DNA of 62,639 nt, counting the filler. It is 8 parts of 8 records of this genome, joined end to end, with 100 filler letters (N's around TTAATTAATTAA, not from the genome) between each part and the next. Parts side by side here need not be neighbours in the genome. Positions count along the whole stretch, not along the records: positions 45,330 to 51,687 come from SRR31156797_22270; positions 51,788 to 62,639 come from SRR31156797_22285; 6 more parts are not named here. The stretch is one strand, 5' to 3'. The notes beneath the pieces were generated by a model. It saw only the letters and a list, made by a program, of their open reading frames with translations. It did not search any database and was not told the DNA's origin. Every line of letters begins with the position of its first letter. The stretch's first letter is position 1. Positions 47,965-59,105 of this stretch are shown here, piece by piece. The translations under genes were made by a program, and so were the position numbers.

Positions 47965-49470
47965 ATGAATGCGACCCCGCAATGCGTGTTGGGTATCGAC
48001 CTCGGCACCAGCAGCCTGAAGTGTCTGATCCTCGAACAGAACGGCGACGTCCGGGCATCGGCAACGGAATCCTACCCAACGTCAACCCCCCGGTCGGGAT
48101 GGGCCGAACAAGACCCCGCCGACTGGTACGATGCCTTGAAACGCGCCTTGCTCACGCTGACGGAAAAAGACCGTACCGGCGTCGTCGGGCTTCGAGGCAT
48201 CGGCATATGCTCGGCGGCACACATCCCGGTGTTGTTGGATGAACAGAATCGGGTCATCCGTCCGGCAATCATCTGGAGCGATCAGCGCAGCGGCGACGAG
48301 GTGGACCATCTCAATCGGGAACGTCACGAACTCCTTCGAAAAGCGACCCTGAACGAAGCCGGATGCACCTGGACGCTCCCCCAATTGAGATGGTTAAGGC
48401 GGCATGAGCCCGAACACCTCGCGCGCGCAAAAACGCTTCTCAGTTCCAAGGACTACCTCATCTTTCGAATGTGCGGCCGGTTTGTCATGGACACCGGAAG
48501 CGCCGCGGCGACCCTAATGCTGGACGCCCAAAAAAAAACCTGGTGTCCGGAAATCGTCACCCTCAGCGGCCTGCCTTTGTCTGCCATGCCGCCGGTACAT
48601 TCGTCTTTCGATACCGTCGGCACCGTCACCGATTCGGCGGCGACGGATTTGGGATTGCCGACAGGCATTCCGATCTTCGCCGGCGGACTGGATTCGGCGG
48701 CCGAACTGCTGGGATGCGGCATTCTGGAGAAAACCGACGGAGGAATGATCAGGGTCGGTTCATCCGGTGGCGTCATGATCATCGATCGGCGCCCGACTTT
48801 TTCGGGCGGGGTCATCACCTATCCGTATCTGACCGAGGGGCGATACCTGAAACAGGCTGGAACCAATTCCTGCGCGACGTCCCTGCAATGGATAAGGAAT
48901 TCCCTCGCCGTACTCGGCGACGACGTAAAAAACCGGATCTCCTATCCGTTCATTGACAAGTTGGTCGCGGCGACCTTGCCCGGATCGGAAGGCCTCGTTT
49001 TCCATCCCTATCTGCAGGGGGAACGGGCCCCCTATTGGAACCCAAATCTGCGGGCCAGCTTCACCGGTCTTGAATCGACCCACGGCTGGCAGCATTTCCT
49101 TCGCGCCACCATGGAAGGCGTGGCCTTTTCGCTGCGCGATTGTCTGGCCATGTTCGCCCGTGACGGGCTGCGTTTGGACCGCGCCGTGATGGCGGGCGGG
49201 ATTACAAAAAGCACCGTCTGGTCGCAGATCATCGCCGATGTCCTGGGGATCGAATTGTACACCACGCGTCACGGCGATTCCGCCTTCGGCGCCGCCCTTA
49301 TGGCAGCCGTCGGCGGCAGGTTTTTCCCGAATATGCGGGACGCGGTTGCAACCTGCGTCAAATCCGACAGAACCATCGTGCCGAGTCCCGACAACGCGCA
49401 GATTTACGCAAAAATTTTCCGGAATTACGCTGAAACCGCGAAGTTCTTCAACTCCCGGATCGATATCTAG
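47965..49470 (+). CDS. FGGY sugar kinase (xylulokinase-like)
   Basis: LGIDLGTSS, GWAEQDP, IWSDQR, PYLQGERAP, EGVAF. Confidence 0.9.
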   Translation: MNATPQCVLGIDLGTSSLKCLILEQNGDVRASATESYPTSTPRSGWAEQDPADWYDALKRALLTLTEKDRTGVVGLRGIGICSAAHIPVLLDEQNRVIRPAIIWSDQRSGDEVDHLNRERHELLRKATLNEAGCTWTLPQLRWLRRHEPEHLARAKTLLSSKDYLIFRMCGRFVMDTGSAAATLMLDAQKKTWCPEIVTLSGLPLSAMPPVHSSFDTVGTVTDSAATDLGLPTGIPIFAGGLDSAAELLGCGILEKTDGGMIRVGSSGGVMIIDRRPTFSGGVITYPYLTEGRYLKQAGTNSCATSLQWIRNSLAVLGDDVKNRISYPFIDKLVAATLPGSEGLVFHPYLQGERAPYWNPNLRASFTGLESTHGWQHFLRATMEGVAFSLRDCLAMFARDGLRLDRAVMAGGITKSTVWSQIIADVLGIELYTTRHGDSAFGAALMAAVGGRFFPNMRDAVATCVKSDRTIVPSPDNAQIYAKIFRNYAETAKFFNSRIDI

Positions 49471-49614
49471 AGCACTTTCCGGTCGAACGTTCCGAAGTTG
49501 CGCCGTCTATCCGGCATGCGGAAACGGCCGGCCGGACCTCGCGGCAAGACCGGTCGAACTCAAGTCGATATTGGGTAACGGCGCCCAGCAGATTGCGGAC
49601 GTCGCAAAAGGCGG

Positions 49615-49806
49615 TTATTTGCCCAGGGCGTCGTCGAGTTCGGTCTCGCCGTTGGGATCTTCTCCCACCAGTTGCGCCACGGCGTCATAGGTGTCGGCAT
49701 TGGTCAGCATCTGTTCGCGCATGGCCGGATTGTCTTCGGCAAACGCGCGGAAAAACTTGGCGGCGGCCTTCAGAAGGTTGGAGGCGATATCGGCATTGGT
49801 CGGCAT
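49615..49806 (-). CDS. small hypothetical protein (63 aa)
   Basis: RBS AAAGGA, helical amphipathic sequence, clean ORF. Confidence 0.6.
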   Translation of the reverse strand: MPTNADIASNLLKAAAKFFRAFAEDNPAMREQMLTNADTYDAVAQLVGEDPNGETELDDALGK

Positions 49807-50009
49807 CGGGGGTTCCTTTTCCTATCGATCCCTCGCGGCGAACCTAACACGGCAAAGCCGGCCGGGTCACGCCAAACCCTTGCAAAAGATGACATTTCGC
49901 AAGAATTGTATTTCTAGTTTGGAATTTCTAAAAATTGACGAATCGACCCAATCCACGTAGGATTTCACCGAAGTAATCCGTCGAAGGGAAACCAGGAAGG
50001 GGCGCACGG

Positions 50010-50747
50010 GTGCTGATCGTTTCCGTTCATCCCGTATCGGCCGTCATCGCCGCCGGCCGTCCGGCTGCGCCGGGCGAAGTCGCGCCGACACCTTCGACGA
50101 CGGTTGCATCCTCTTCACCGGCGGCGGCGCTATCCGGGTTGACGCGGCCGTTGCTCGATCCCGCAACCCAACTGGCGACACAGGACGTGCGCCGTAACAA
50201 TGCCAGTACGTCGCGCAATTCCGCCAATCCGACCGACCTGACCAAGGAAGAGCAGGCCCAGGTTCAATCCCTGCGCAACACCGACCGCGAGGTCCGCCAG
50301 CACGAACGGGCGCACAGCAACGCCGGCGGCCCCTATGCCGGCGTGCCGACCTATCAACAGGTTCGCGGGCCGGACGGCCGCATGTATGCCGTCGCCGGAG
50401 AGGTCAGCATCGATGCCAGCCCGGCGTCGAGCCCGGAAGCGACCATCACCAAGATGGACATCGTCATCCGCGCCGCCCTGGCGCCGGTCAACCCGTCGGC
50501 CCAGGATCACGCCATCGCCAACAAGGCCCGGCAATTGCGCAACGAGGCGGTGGCCGAGAAACGGACCGAGGAACGCGAGGAACGGAGCGAAACGTCCGAA
50601 GCTGCCGGCACCGCCGGAGTTCCGGCGCTCGATCCCAGGCCCGCTATCGCCGAGGCCGCGACCTCGACCTACCGCCGGATCGCCGATCTGATTGCCGAGC
50701 CGCTCGGCCTGGTAACACCGCAGACCACCGTCGAGATCGTCGTCTAA
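50010..50747 (+). CDS. SprA-related / putative metalloprotease family protein
   Basis: [36 protein letters not shown]. Confidence 0.8.
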   Translation: MLIVSVHPVSAVIAAGRPAAPGEVAPTPSTTVASSSPAAALSGLTRPLLDPATQLATQDVRRNNASTSRNSANPTDLTKEEQAQVQSLRNTDREVRQHERAHSNAGGPYAGVPTYQQVRGPDGRMYAVAGEVSIDASPASSPEATITKMDIVIRAALAPVNPSAQDHAIANKARQLRNEAVAEKRTEEREERSETSEAAGTAGVPALDPRPAIAEAATSTYRRIADLIAEPLGLVTPQTTVEIVV

Positions 50748-50883
50748 CCGTTCGACCCGCCACCATTTCCGAATACCGATCGCGGCCGGCTCACCGGCAA
50801 GTGTCTTGCCCGTGAGCGGCGAATAACGCCTATACTGGCATCGCCCGCGCCATTGACCGGTCAGGCGGGAAGGGAGCCGAAGG

Positions 50884-51687
50884 ATGTTGAGCAAATTCTC
50901 GGATTTTGTGTTCGGCGACAAGCCGCAGGCGCACCTGCCTGAACGGGTTCGCATTGCAATCGTCAACCTGCAGGTCAACAGCGAGATCCTCATCGGCTGG
51001 GCGCAGCTCTGCCTCGTCACCTTTTTCATGCTGCTCTACATGGTGGCGCCTAAAACCTCGGCCGGCACCGATTTCCTGCCGGTGCCGTGGGTGCTCGGCG
51101 CCTACATGGCGTTTACCGTAATGCGCCTGATCGCCGCCTATCGCTGCACCCTGCCGGCCTGGTTTCTGATGGCCTCCGTGGTCATCGACATGGCGTTGCT
51201 GATGGGCCTGATCTGGAGCTTCCATCTGCAATACCTGCAGCCGGCGTCCTTTTATTTGAAGGCGCCGACGCTGCTCTACGTCTTTATCTTCATCAGCCTC
51301 AGGGCGCTGCGCTTCGACCCGAAATACGTCGTCGCGGCCGGCCTCGCCGGCGCCGCCGGATGGCTGTTCCTGTTGTGGTACGCGGTCTTCGGCGAGCACC
51401 GCATCCAGGACCTGACGACCCGCGACTATGTGCTTTACATGACCTCGAACCGGGTCCTGATCGGCGCCGAAATAGACAAGGTGCTGTCGATCCTGGTGGT
51501 CACCGCCATCCTCGCCATCGCGCTGGTGCGGGCCCAGCGCATGCTCGAACGCGAAGTCGCCGACAGCACGGCGGCGCAGGACCTGTCGCGCTTCGTCTCG
51601 CCCGAAATCGCCGATCGTATCACGACGGCCGACAAGGCGATGCAGCCGGGCGATGGCGAGGTCAAGGTGGCCAGCGTCCTGTTTTCC
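50884..51687 (+). CDS. membrane adenylate/guanylate cyclase, 3' truncated
   Basis: Multi-TM N-terminus, LSRFVSPEIA, ASVLFS at the start of the class III cyclase domain. Confidence 0.75.
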
Positions 51688-51787
51688 NNNNNNNNNNNNN
51701 NNNNNNNNNNNNNNNNNNNNNNNNNNNNNNNTTAATTAATTAANNNNNNNNNNNNNNNNNNNNNNNNNNNNNNNNNNNNNNNNNNNN
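51688..51787. other. artificial contig spacer
   Basis: N44-TTAATTAATTAA-N44. Confidence 0.98.
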
Positions 51788-52162
51788 GTTTTTTATTCGT
51801 GCGTCAGTACTGTATTTGATTGCAATATGTCGCAGAAATAGGTACTGGGAAATCAAGTTTTTTCATAGACTGTGGCCGCAGCTTCTGGAATTGTGGATAT
51901 CCGAGATCCAAAAGAAACTAAGAGGCAGAATATTTTAATATTTAGCGGAAAATTTCTAACTATCCCTTCAATACAATAATTGACAACCACCCGATGTTGC
52001 GCATATGCTCATGACTGTCTTTGTCATCGGGTAAATTGCCGTTTTGTCAAAGCTTGAGTCTGCACTTGTATTTTCTGATGTCTAAAAGATTCATTATATG
52101 TCAGTCAGATAAACTGAATATGACGTCGGATCGTCTGTCTGAGATACGGAGAATCCAAACTC

Positions 52163-54598
52163 ATGGATAAGAGCCAACTCAGCGAACGGGACATCTGTAC
52201 CAAATACATCACCCCGGCTATTTTGCAGGCGGGTTGGACGCAACGTCAATTTCGTGAGGAGGTAAGGCTCACCGATGGACGGGTCATGGTACGGGGCAGG
52301 CTTGCGGCAAGGGTGAAAAATCCTGATGCCAAAGGCGGCCCCAAACGCGCGGACTATGTCTTGTATGCCCGCCCCAACCTTCCCATAGCGGTTATTGAAG
52401 CCAAAAGAAATATCTACTCCATGGGCCACGGCATGCAGCAAGCGCTCTCCTACGCCGAAATGTTGGATGCCCCTTTTGCACTCAGCACCAATGGTGACGG
52501 ATTTGTGCTCCATGACCTGACGGGCCTGACCCAGCCCGTCGAACGCGAACTGACCATGAGACAATTCCCTTCCCTTGACGAGCTATGGCCGTGCTATCAA
52601 CAATGGAAAGGGATCGATACGCCCGAAATGGTCAAACTGGTTGAACAGCCTTACTACAGCGACGGTACAAGCAAAAAGGCGCGCTATTATCAGCGCGTCG
52701 CCATCAATCGCACCGTCGAAGCCATTGCCAAGGGGCAGGATCGTATTTTGCTGGTCATGGCCACCGGAACCGGCAAGACTTACACCGCGTTCCAAATTAT
52801 ATGGCGGTTATGGAAGGCCAAAAAGAAAAAGCGTATTCTATTCTTGGCTGATCGCAATATTCTCATCGATCAAACCATCCAGCAGGACTTTTCCCCCTTT
52901 GGCGAAGTGATGCATAAGATCTCCAATCGGGAAGTCAAAAAGAACTATGAAGTATATTTGGCGTTGTATCAGGCCGTCACCGGCGATAAAGCCTGGAAGC
53001 AGATATACCGCCGGTTTCCATCCGATTTCTTTGATCTGGTGGTAGTGGACGAATGCCACCGGGGCAGTGCCGCCGAAGACTCCGCCTGGCGCGAAGTACT
53101 GAACTATTTCACAACGGCAACCCACCTGGGAATGACCGCCACCCCGAAAGAAAAAAAGCCGGAAAAAGGCGAAACCACCATTAAAGACCCCGAATACAAT
53201 CTTAAATATTTCGGTAATCCCATATACACCTACTCACTCAAGCAAGGCATCGTTGATGGATTTCTCGCCCCCTACAAGGTTATCCGCGTTGTGACCGACG
53301 TTGATGCACTCGGCTACACGCCCGAAAAAGGTAAGAGGGACAAATACGGCCGGGTCGTTGAACAGCGCCAATACAACACCAAGGATTATGATCGCAAACT
53401 GGTGCTGGAAAAACGCACCGGGCTGGTGGCGTCAAAAATCTGGGAATACCTGAAAAACACCGACCCCATGGCCAAAACCATCGTTTTTTGCGACGACCAG
53501 GACCACGCTGAACGGATGCGCCGGGAATTGGTGAACCTCATTCCCGAAGCCGCCCAAAATCGTCATTATGTCATGCGGATGACCAGCGACGATGCCGAAG
53601 GCAAAGGGCAAATCTCTTACTTTACGGATAATGACGAGCCTTTTCCGGTTATTGCCACCACCTCCAAATTACTGAGCACCGGCGTGGACGCCAAAACCTG
53701 CAAATTGATTGTTCTCGATCAAAGCATTAATTCCATGACCGCGTTTAAGCAGATTATAGGACGCGGCACCCGGATTCGCGAAGATTACAACAAACTCTAT
53801 TTCACTATTGTGGATTTCAAAGGCGCCACGCGCCTGTTCGCCGATCCGGATTTCGACGGGGAGCCCGTGGTCGTTTATGAGCCCGAGCCCGGCGATCCGG
53901 TGGTCCCGCCGGAAGATCTTGAAACGTCTTTATTAGACGGCATTGATGATGGCCGGCCTCAACCGTACCCGACGGGAGAGGATGAACGCGGTGATATCGG
54001 TGATACCCGGAATAAGTATTTTATCGATGATGTCAATGTCCGCACCGCCGTTGAACGCTCCCAATATTTGGATGTTGACGGCAAGCTGATTACCGAGGAT
54101 TACCGCGTCCATTTGAAAGCGGAAATTAAAAAGACCCTGCAAAGCCGATTCGGATCGCTCAAGGATTTTCTGCGCCGCTGGTCCGAAGCCGATCGCAAAC
54201 AGGCCGTGGTCGATGAGCTGAAAGACCTCGGCATCCCGTTGAGCGTGTTACAACAAGCCGTACCCAACGCGAATAAACTGGACATCTTCGATCTCATCGC
54301 CCATATTGCCTTCGACCAGAAGCCGTTGACGCGCCGGGAGCGGGCCGACAACGTTAAAAAGCGAAACTACTTCGGCAAATACGGCAAGCCCGCAAGACAG
54401 GTATTGGAAATCCTGCTGGAAAAATACGCCAACCACGGCGTCACCGATATGGAAGACCCGAAGGTGTTGGAGCTGCCGCCCTTTGACCAACTGGGCAGCA
54501 AAACCCAGATCCGGCGCGGCATCTTCGGTGGGCCGGATAAATACTCCCAAGCCATTACCGAACTTGAACAGGCCATCTACGACCTGAAACGTGCCTGA
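52163..54598 (+). CDS. hsdR: type I restriction subunit R (EcoAI/EcoEI-like)
   Basis: ADY.L..IEAK nuclease, MATGTGKT, DECHRGS, GMTATP, QIIGRGTR, EcoEI_R_C-like tail. Confidence 0.95.
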   Translation: MDKSQLSERDICTKYITPAILQAGWTQRQFREEVRLTDGRVMVRGRLAARVKNPDAKGGPKRADYVLYARPNLPIAVIEAKRNIYSMGHGMQQALSYAEMLDAPFALSTNGDGFVLHDLTGLTQPVERELTMRQFPSLDELWPCYQQWKGIDTPEMVKLVEQPYYSDGTSKKARYYQRVAINRTVEAIAKGQDRILLVMATGTGKTYTAFQIIWRLWKAKKKKRILFLADRNILIDQTIQQDFSPFGEVMHKISNREVKKNYEVYLALYQAVTGDKAWKQIYRRFPSDFFDLVVVDECHRGSAAEDSAWREVLNYFTTATHLGMTATPKEKKPEKGETTIKDPEYNLKYFGNPIYTYSLKQGIVDGFLAPYKVIRVVTDVDALGYTPEKGKRDKYGRVVEQRQYNTKDYDRKLVLEKRTGLVASKIWEYLKNTDPMAKTIVFCDDQDHAERMRRELVNLIPEAAQNRHYVMRMTSDDAEGKGQISYFTDNDEPFPVIATTSKLLSTGVDAKTCKLIVLDQSINSMTAFKQIIGRGTRIREDYNKLYFTIVDFKGATRLFADPDFDGEPVVVYEPEPGDPVVPPEDLETSLLDGIDDGRPQPYPTGEDERGDIGDTRNKYFIDDVNVRTAVERSQYLDVDGKLITEDYRVHLKAEIKKTLQSRFGSLKDFLRRWSEADRKQAVVDELKDLGIPLSVLQQAVPNANKLDIFDLIAHIAFDQKPLTRRERADNVKKRNYFGKYGKPARQVLEILLEKYANHGVTDMEDPKVLELPPFDQLGSKTQIRRGIFGGPDKYSQAITELEQAIYDLKRA

Positions 54599-54621
54599 AA
54601 AACAATCTGAAGAGAATATCC

Positions 54622-56403
54622 ATGAACCTCAGCAGCACCATTAAAAGCATCCAGGACATTATGCGCAAGGACGACGGCGTGGACGGCGACGCCCAGCGCA
54701 TCGGCCAACTCACCTGGATGCTGTTTTTAAAAGTCTTTGACCAGCGAGAAGAGGAGTGGGAAGACGATGCCGCCGATCGCGGCGATACCTACCATTCACC
54801 CCTGCCCCATGAATGCCGCTGGCGCAACTGGGCCAAATACATTACGGATGAAGAGGGGAAATCCAAACCGCAAATCCAGGCCAGCGAACTCATTGACTAC
54901 GTCAATAACACGGTTTTTCCGGGCCTTAAGGAATTTAACATCGACGGCGCCGAAGATGACCCCAATATCGCCAAAGGCAAGGTCGTTCGCGAAGTATTTG
55001 CGGATACCAACAACTACATGAAATCAGGCCCCCTGATGCTGGGTGTGATTGAAAAGCTCGATGAGGCCGTGGACTTTCACGATTTTAAAACCCGTCAGCA
55101 CCTGGGGGATATCTACGAAAAAATCCTGAACGATTTGCGCAGCGCCGGCAACGCCGGGGAATTTTATACCCCAAGGGCCATCACCCATTTCATGGTGCAG
55201 AGGGTCGACCCCCAATTGGACAAGCGGGAAACCGTGCTCGACCCGGCCTGCGGCACCGGCGGGTTTTTAAAGGCGGTCATCGACCACTTTCACCATCAAC
55301 TGAATGAGCAATCCAGCGCTGAGGATCAGAAGGCCATCGAAGCCTGTATTCGCGGTTTCGAGAAAAAGCAGCTTCCCCATCTCCTATGCACCACCAACCT
55401 GTTGCTCAACGGCATCGACGTGACCAGTCAGATCGAACACCGCAATACCCTGGCCAAGCCCTGGAATGATTGGACCCGCGGTGAAGAGGCGACCTGCGTC
55501 ATTACCAACCCACCCTTCGGCGGCATGGAAGAGGACGGCGTGGGCGGTACGTTCCCGGCGGATGTGCGCACCCGCGAAACCGCCGACATGTTTCTGACCC
55601 TCATCAGCCGCAAACTGCTCAAAGATGGGGGCCGCGCCGCCATTGTGTTGCCGGACGGCGCGCTGTTCGGCGACGGCATCAAAGGCAAGATCAAGAAGTG
55701 GCTGCTGGAACACTGCAACCTGCACACCGTCGTGCGGTTGCCAAAGGGTGTTTTCAGCCCTTACGCCGGCATCAAGACCAACCTGCTCTTCTTTACCAAG
55801 GGTAAACCGACCGAAACCGTCTGGTTCTACGAGCATCCCTATCCTAAGGGCTACAAAAGCTACAGCAAGACCAAGCCCATTCGTCTGGAGGAATTCGAGG
55901 CTGAAAAAGCCTGGTGGGGCAAGGAGGAGAACGACTTTGCCGAGCGGGTGGAGAGCGAATTCGCCTGGAAAATCGATTTCAAGACCATTAAGACAAAAGC
56001 CGAAGCCAAGGCTCAACCCCATTGGAAAAAGGCCGAAGAGTTGAACGACCAGGCATCAAATCTCGACCGCCGCATCAAGGATCTGCGCGCCTCCATTCGG
56101 AAAGTGAAAGAGGACGAGGTGCGTGAACCGGTGGAAAAAGAGATGGACGACCTGTTCCGTAAATCGGAAAAACTCAAGCAGGAGGCCAAGGATGAACAGG
56201 CCGCGGGTGATCGCCTCTACTGGCCCATATACAACCTGGATCTCAAAAACCCCAATTCGCCGGAAGCGAAAACCTATGATCCGGATGAACTGCTGGCCGA
56301 ATACAAACAGCTGCTGCTCGATATCGAGGAGACCCAGAACCGATTGAAGGATGAACTGGCGGCTGCTTTGTCCCATCACTTTGACGTCGGGGAGCAAAGC
56401 TGA
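54622..56403 (+). CDS. hsdM: type I modification subunit M (N6-adenine MTase) with coiled-coil insertion
   Basis: GEFYTPR, DPACGTGGF, TNPPFGG, NLDLKNP. Confidence 0.95.
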   Translation: MNLSSTIKSIQDIMRKDDGVDGDAQRIGQLTWMLFLKVFDQREEEWEDDAADRGDTYHSPLPHECRWRNWAKYITDEEGKSKPQIQASELIDYVNNTVFPGLKEFNIDGAEDDPNIAKGKVVREVFADTNNYMKSGPLMLGVIEKLDEAVDFHDFKTRQHLGDIYEKILNDLRSAGNAGEFYTPRAITHFMVQRVDPQLDKRETVLDPACGTGGFLKAVIDHFHHQLNEQSSAEDQKAIEACIRGFEKKQLPHLLCTTNLLLNGIDVTSQIEHRNTLAKPWNDWTRGEEATCVITNPPFGGMEEDGVGGTFPADVRTRETADMFLTLISRKLLKDGGRAAIVLPDGALFGDGIKGKIKKWLLEHCNLHTVVRLPKGVFSPYAGIKTNLLFFTKGKPTETVWFYEHPYPKGYKSYSKTKPIRLEEFEAEKAWWGKEENDFAERVESEFAWKIDFKTIKTKAEAKAQPHWKKAEELNDQASNLDRRIKDLRASIRKVKEDEVREPVEKEMDDLFRKSEKLKQEAKDEQAAGDRLYWPIYNLDLKNPNSPEAKTYDPDELLAEYKQLLLDIEETQNRLKDELAAALSHHFDVGEQS

Positions 56404-58358
56404 TGGATGCAAAGCATTTCTTGGCCGAGTTTAGGCATATTGTTAATGCGCCGGGGGGGGGGCAGTGGATGCGGGAATTAGTTCTTCAATTAGCTGTATC
56501 AGGAGAGCTAATAGATCCAAAAAAGGATGGAAGCACTGCCAAAGAGGCCATTCAAAAAGCCTTCCGGCTCAGAACAAAATATGAGACCTCTTATGAGCTC
56601 AGACGCTCACTGCCCCTGTCGCCCGTGCGCTCTTACGAAACGCCGTATGGCTTACCCAATCATTGGGCATGGGAGAGATTGGGCAATATTGCGTGCTATG
56701 TTCAACGGGGAAAAGGGCCAAAATATGATGACATCAGCAAATGCTTAGTTGTTTCCCAAAAATGTGTTCAATGGAACGGAATCAATTTATCGCTTGCACG
56801 CGGCCTAGATACCGATTTTCTTGAAAAGTATGGGCGGGAAAGATTTTTGCAGCCTAATGACTTGCTTTTGAACTCTACAGGCACGGGGACGGTAGGGCGT
56901 TCCTGTATTTACAGCAACGATGGCAATACAATAGCCGTAGCAGACTCTCACGTAACCGTCATTAGGTTATCCAATTTTGAATCCAGATACATTTGGTGTG
57001 TCCTTAAATCCCCAGGTGTCTTAACGAGGATTGATCCCACTCATGAGAATTCGCTTGTCTCAGGCACAACCAATCAAGTCGAGTTGTCAACAAGTGCTGT
57101 GAAAAACCTGCTGATACCGTGTCCGCCACTCCAAGAACAAAAACGCATCGTCGCCAAAGTCGATAAGCTAATGGCACTGTGCGACAAGCTGGAAGCTCAA
57201 CAGCAAAAACGCCACAAGCTGCAAGCTCGCACCCGCACCACAGCGCTGGAGGCCCTAGGCAACGCCCAAACCAGCCATGAACTCAAAACCGCCTGGGAGC
57301 GGGTGGCGGTGCATTTGCCGTTGTTATTGGATGAGCCGGAGGATGTAGGCAGCATAAGACAAGCGATAAGAACTTTCGCTTTGCGAGGACACATCTTTTG
57401 TGGAACAGAAGAGAGGGTCTCTTCATCTTTGAAAGCGACAATAGATAAAGCCAAAGATCCAATAAGTAAGTCAGAAGTAGACTGGGAAATTCCACATAAC
57501 TGGGTCTGGAGTCGGTTTGGATGGTTAGGTGAATCTAGACTCGGCAAAATGCTTGATAAGGCAAAGAATAGCGGTTCTCCAGTGCCCTATCTTCGCAATA
57601 TTAATGTAAGATGGCGATTTTTCGATTTATCAAACATTCTTGAAATGAAAGTGGAAGAAAGAGAGCTTGAAAAGATATCAGCCAAGCAAGGAGATCTGAT
57701 TATCTGCGAAGGTGGTGAACCAGGGCGCGCAGCCATATGGAATTACGAAACAAGCATTGTTATCCAAAAAGCACTGCATAGATATCGCTGTGGCGAAGAC
57801 TTGATTCCAGAATATGCCTTGCTGTGCTTGGAAGCTGATTTTACTTCTGGACGTTTATATAAATACTACACTGGCGCAACCATAAAGCATTTAACAGGAA
57901 AGTCGCTATATCGATATGTTATTCCCCTTCCACCCATTGAAGATCAACACAAAATTATTAATCGATATTCAGAATTTTCAAAAGTATGTGATCTATTAGA
58001 AAGCCAGTTGAAAAAATGGCGAAAGACAGCTGAAAAACTTGCCCAAGCTGCCGTCGCCGCCGTCATCGGCACCCAAATCAAGGACAAAGAGACCATGAAA
58101 GCCCCTAAAACCGAACTGGTAACCCAACTAAAATTAACGGTGAGCCCCAAAAAAAAAGACCAAGCCCCCCTTTCCGCCATCCTGGCCAAACATAACGGCG
58201 AACTCTCGGCCAAGGGGTTGTGGAACTATTCCGGCCTGGACATCGACGGTTTTTACCGGCAACTGAAAACCGAAATGTCGCATGGCTGGATCGAAGAGCC
58301 CCAAAAGGCCCGGGTCATTGAAAAGGCGGCTGCATCGGATAAAGCGGAGGCGTTCTGA
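56403..58358 (+). CDS. hsdS: type I specificity subunit S with C-terminal extension
   Basis: LP.HW.W..LG / IP.NW.W..FG repeats, [10 protein letters not shown] / [10 protein letters not shown], two TRDs, extra ~90-aa tail. Confidence 0.9.
   Translation: MDAKHFLAEFRHIVNAPGGGQWMRELVLQLAVSGELIDPKKDGSTAKEAIQKAFRLRTKYETSYELRRSLPLSPVRSYETPYGLPNHWAWERLGNIACYVQRGKGPKYDDISKCLVVSQKCVQWNGINLSLARGLDTDFLEKYGRERFLQPNDLLLNSTGTGTVGRSCIYSNDGNTIAVADSHVTVIRLSNFESRYIWCVLKSPGVLTRIDPTHENSLVSGTTNQVELSTSAVKNLLIPCPPLQEQKRIVAKVDKLMALCDKLEAQQQKRHKLQARTRTTALEALGNAQTSHELKTAWERVAVHLPLLLDEPEDVGSIRQAIRTFALRGHIFCGTEERVSSSLKATIDKAKDPISKSEVDWEIPHNWVWSRFGWLGESRLGKMLDKAKNSGSPVPYLRNINVRWRFFDLSNILEMKVEERELEKISAKQGDLIICEGGEPGRAAIWNYETSIVIQKALHRYRCGEDLIPEYALLCLEADFTSGRLYKYYTGATIKHLTGKSLYRYVIPLPPIEDQHKIINRYSEFSKVCDLLESQLKKWRKTAEKLAQAAVAAVIGTQIKDKETMKAPKTELVTQLKLTVSPKKKDQAPLSAILAKHNGELSAKGLWNYSGLDIDGFYRQLKTEMSHGWIEEPQKARVIEKAAASDKAEAF
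56453..56462 (+). repeat. G10 homopolymer in the 5' end of hsdS
   Basis: CC-GGGGGGGGGG-CAG, currently in frame. Confidence 0.85.
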
Positions 58359-58930
58359 TGCCCACGTGCTGGATCATCGCCGGTCCCAACGGCGCGGGCA
58401 AAACCACCTTTGCCCTGGATTATCTGCCCAAGACGGCAGGGTGCACGAATTTCATCAATGCGGACCTCATTGCAGCCGGCCTTTCCCCTTTGGCGCCGGA
58501 ACGTGAACTTTTAACGGCAAGCCGGATTTTTTTAAGGGAGATTGAAGAGCGGATCGACGAAGGCGAAAACTTTGCCTTTGAGACCACCCTTTCGGGCCGG
58601 GGTCATTTAAAACGTATCAACCGCCTGAAAAAGGACGGCTGGCAGGTTGAACTCATTTATCTGGCATTGCCCAATGTGGAAATGTCCAAGCTCCGCGTTG
58701 CCGAGCGTGTTGCCCATGGCGGCCATGACATTCCCGTAAAAGACATTGAACGGCGCTTTCCGCGCAGTCTTTACAACTTGCTGTCAGCGTTCGCCAGCGC
58801 GGTGGATCATGGTGTCTGCTTTATGAATGACGGCGATAACCCGGTGTTGGTTTTCGAACAACAGGGAGAAATCCGCCACATTCTTAATGAAGACTATTTT
58901 AATTTGTTATCACGGGAGGCTGGATTATGA
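58358..58930 (+). CDS. zeta-toxin-like / AAA_33 P-loop kinase
   Basis: [31 protein letters not shown]. Confidence 0.85.
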   Translation: MPTCWIIAGPNGAGKTTFALDYLPKTAGCTNFINADLIAAGLSPLAPERELLTASRIFLREIEERIDEGENFAFETTLSGRGHLKRINRLKKDGWQVELIYLALPNVEMSKLRVAERVAHGGHDIPVKDIERRFPRSLYNLLSAFASAVDHGVCFMNDGDNPVLVFEQQGEIRHILNEDYFNLLSREAGL

Positions 58931-59103
58931 TTTCCACCCATAAAACGAAACCTTCGGAAAAGAGCCAGGAGATATTGAAAACGCTCAAAAAAACGGTGGC
59001 GGAAACCCTGGAGAGAAAGCGAAAACTGGGCCAGTATGCGGTGATCTGGGATGGTAAAAAGCCGGTCAGAAGGGGTGCCGACGCCCCTGTCTCCGAGGAT
59101 TAG
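58927..59103 (+). CDS. small partner protein of the zeta-like gene (58 aa, putative antitoxin)
   Basis: Below ORF-track cutoff; ATGA overlap; [58 protein letters not shown]. Confidence 0.65.
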   Translation: MISTHKTKPSEKSQEILKTLKKTVAETLERKRKLGQYAVIWDGKKPVRRGADAPVSED

Positions 59104-59105
59104 GG

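Noticed and set aside
49467-49570. CTAGAGCACTTTCCG resembling the end of an alphaproteobacterial miniature repeat element
   Set aside because: No matching inverted end or second copy seen
6233-51787. Recurrent TTAATTAATTAA flanked by N runs, seven copies
   Set aside because: Identical 100-bp artificial joiners, not a biological repeat or CRISPR; ORFs in the track containing X runs or ending LIN are artefacts
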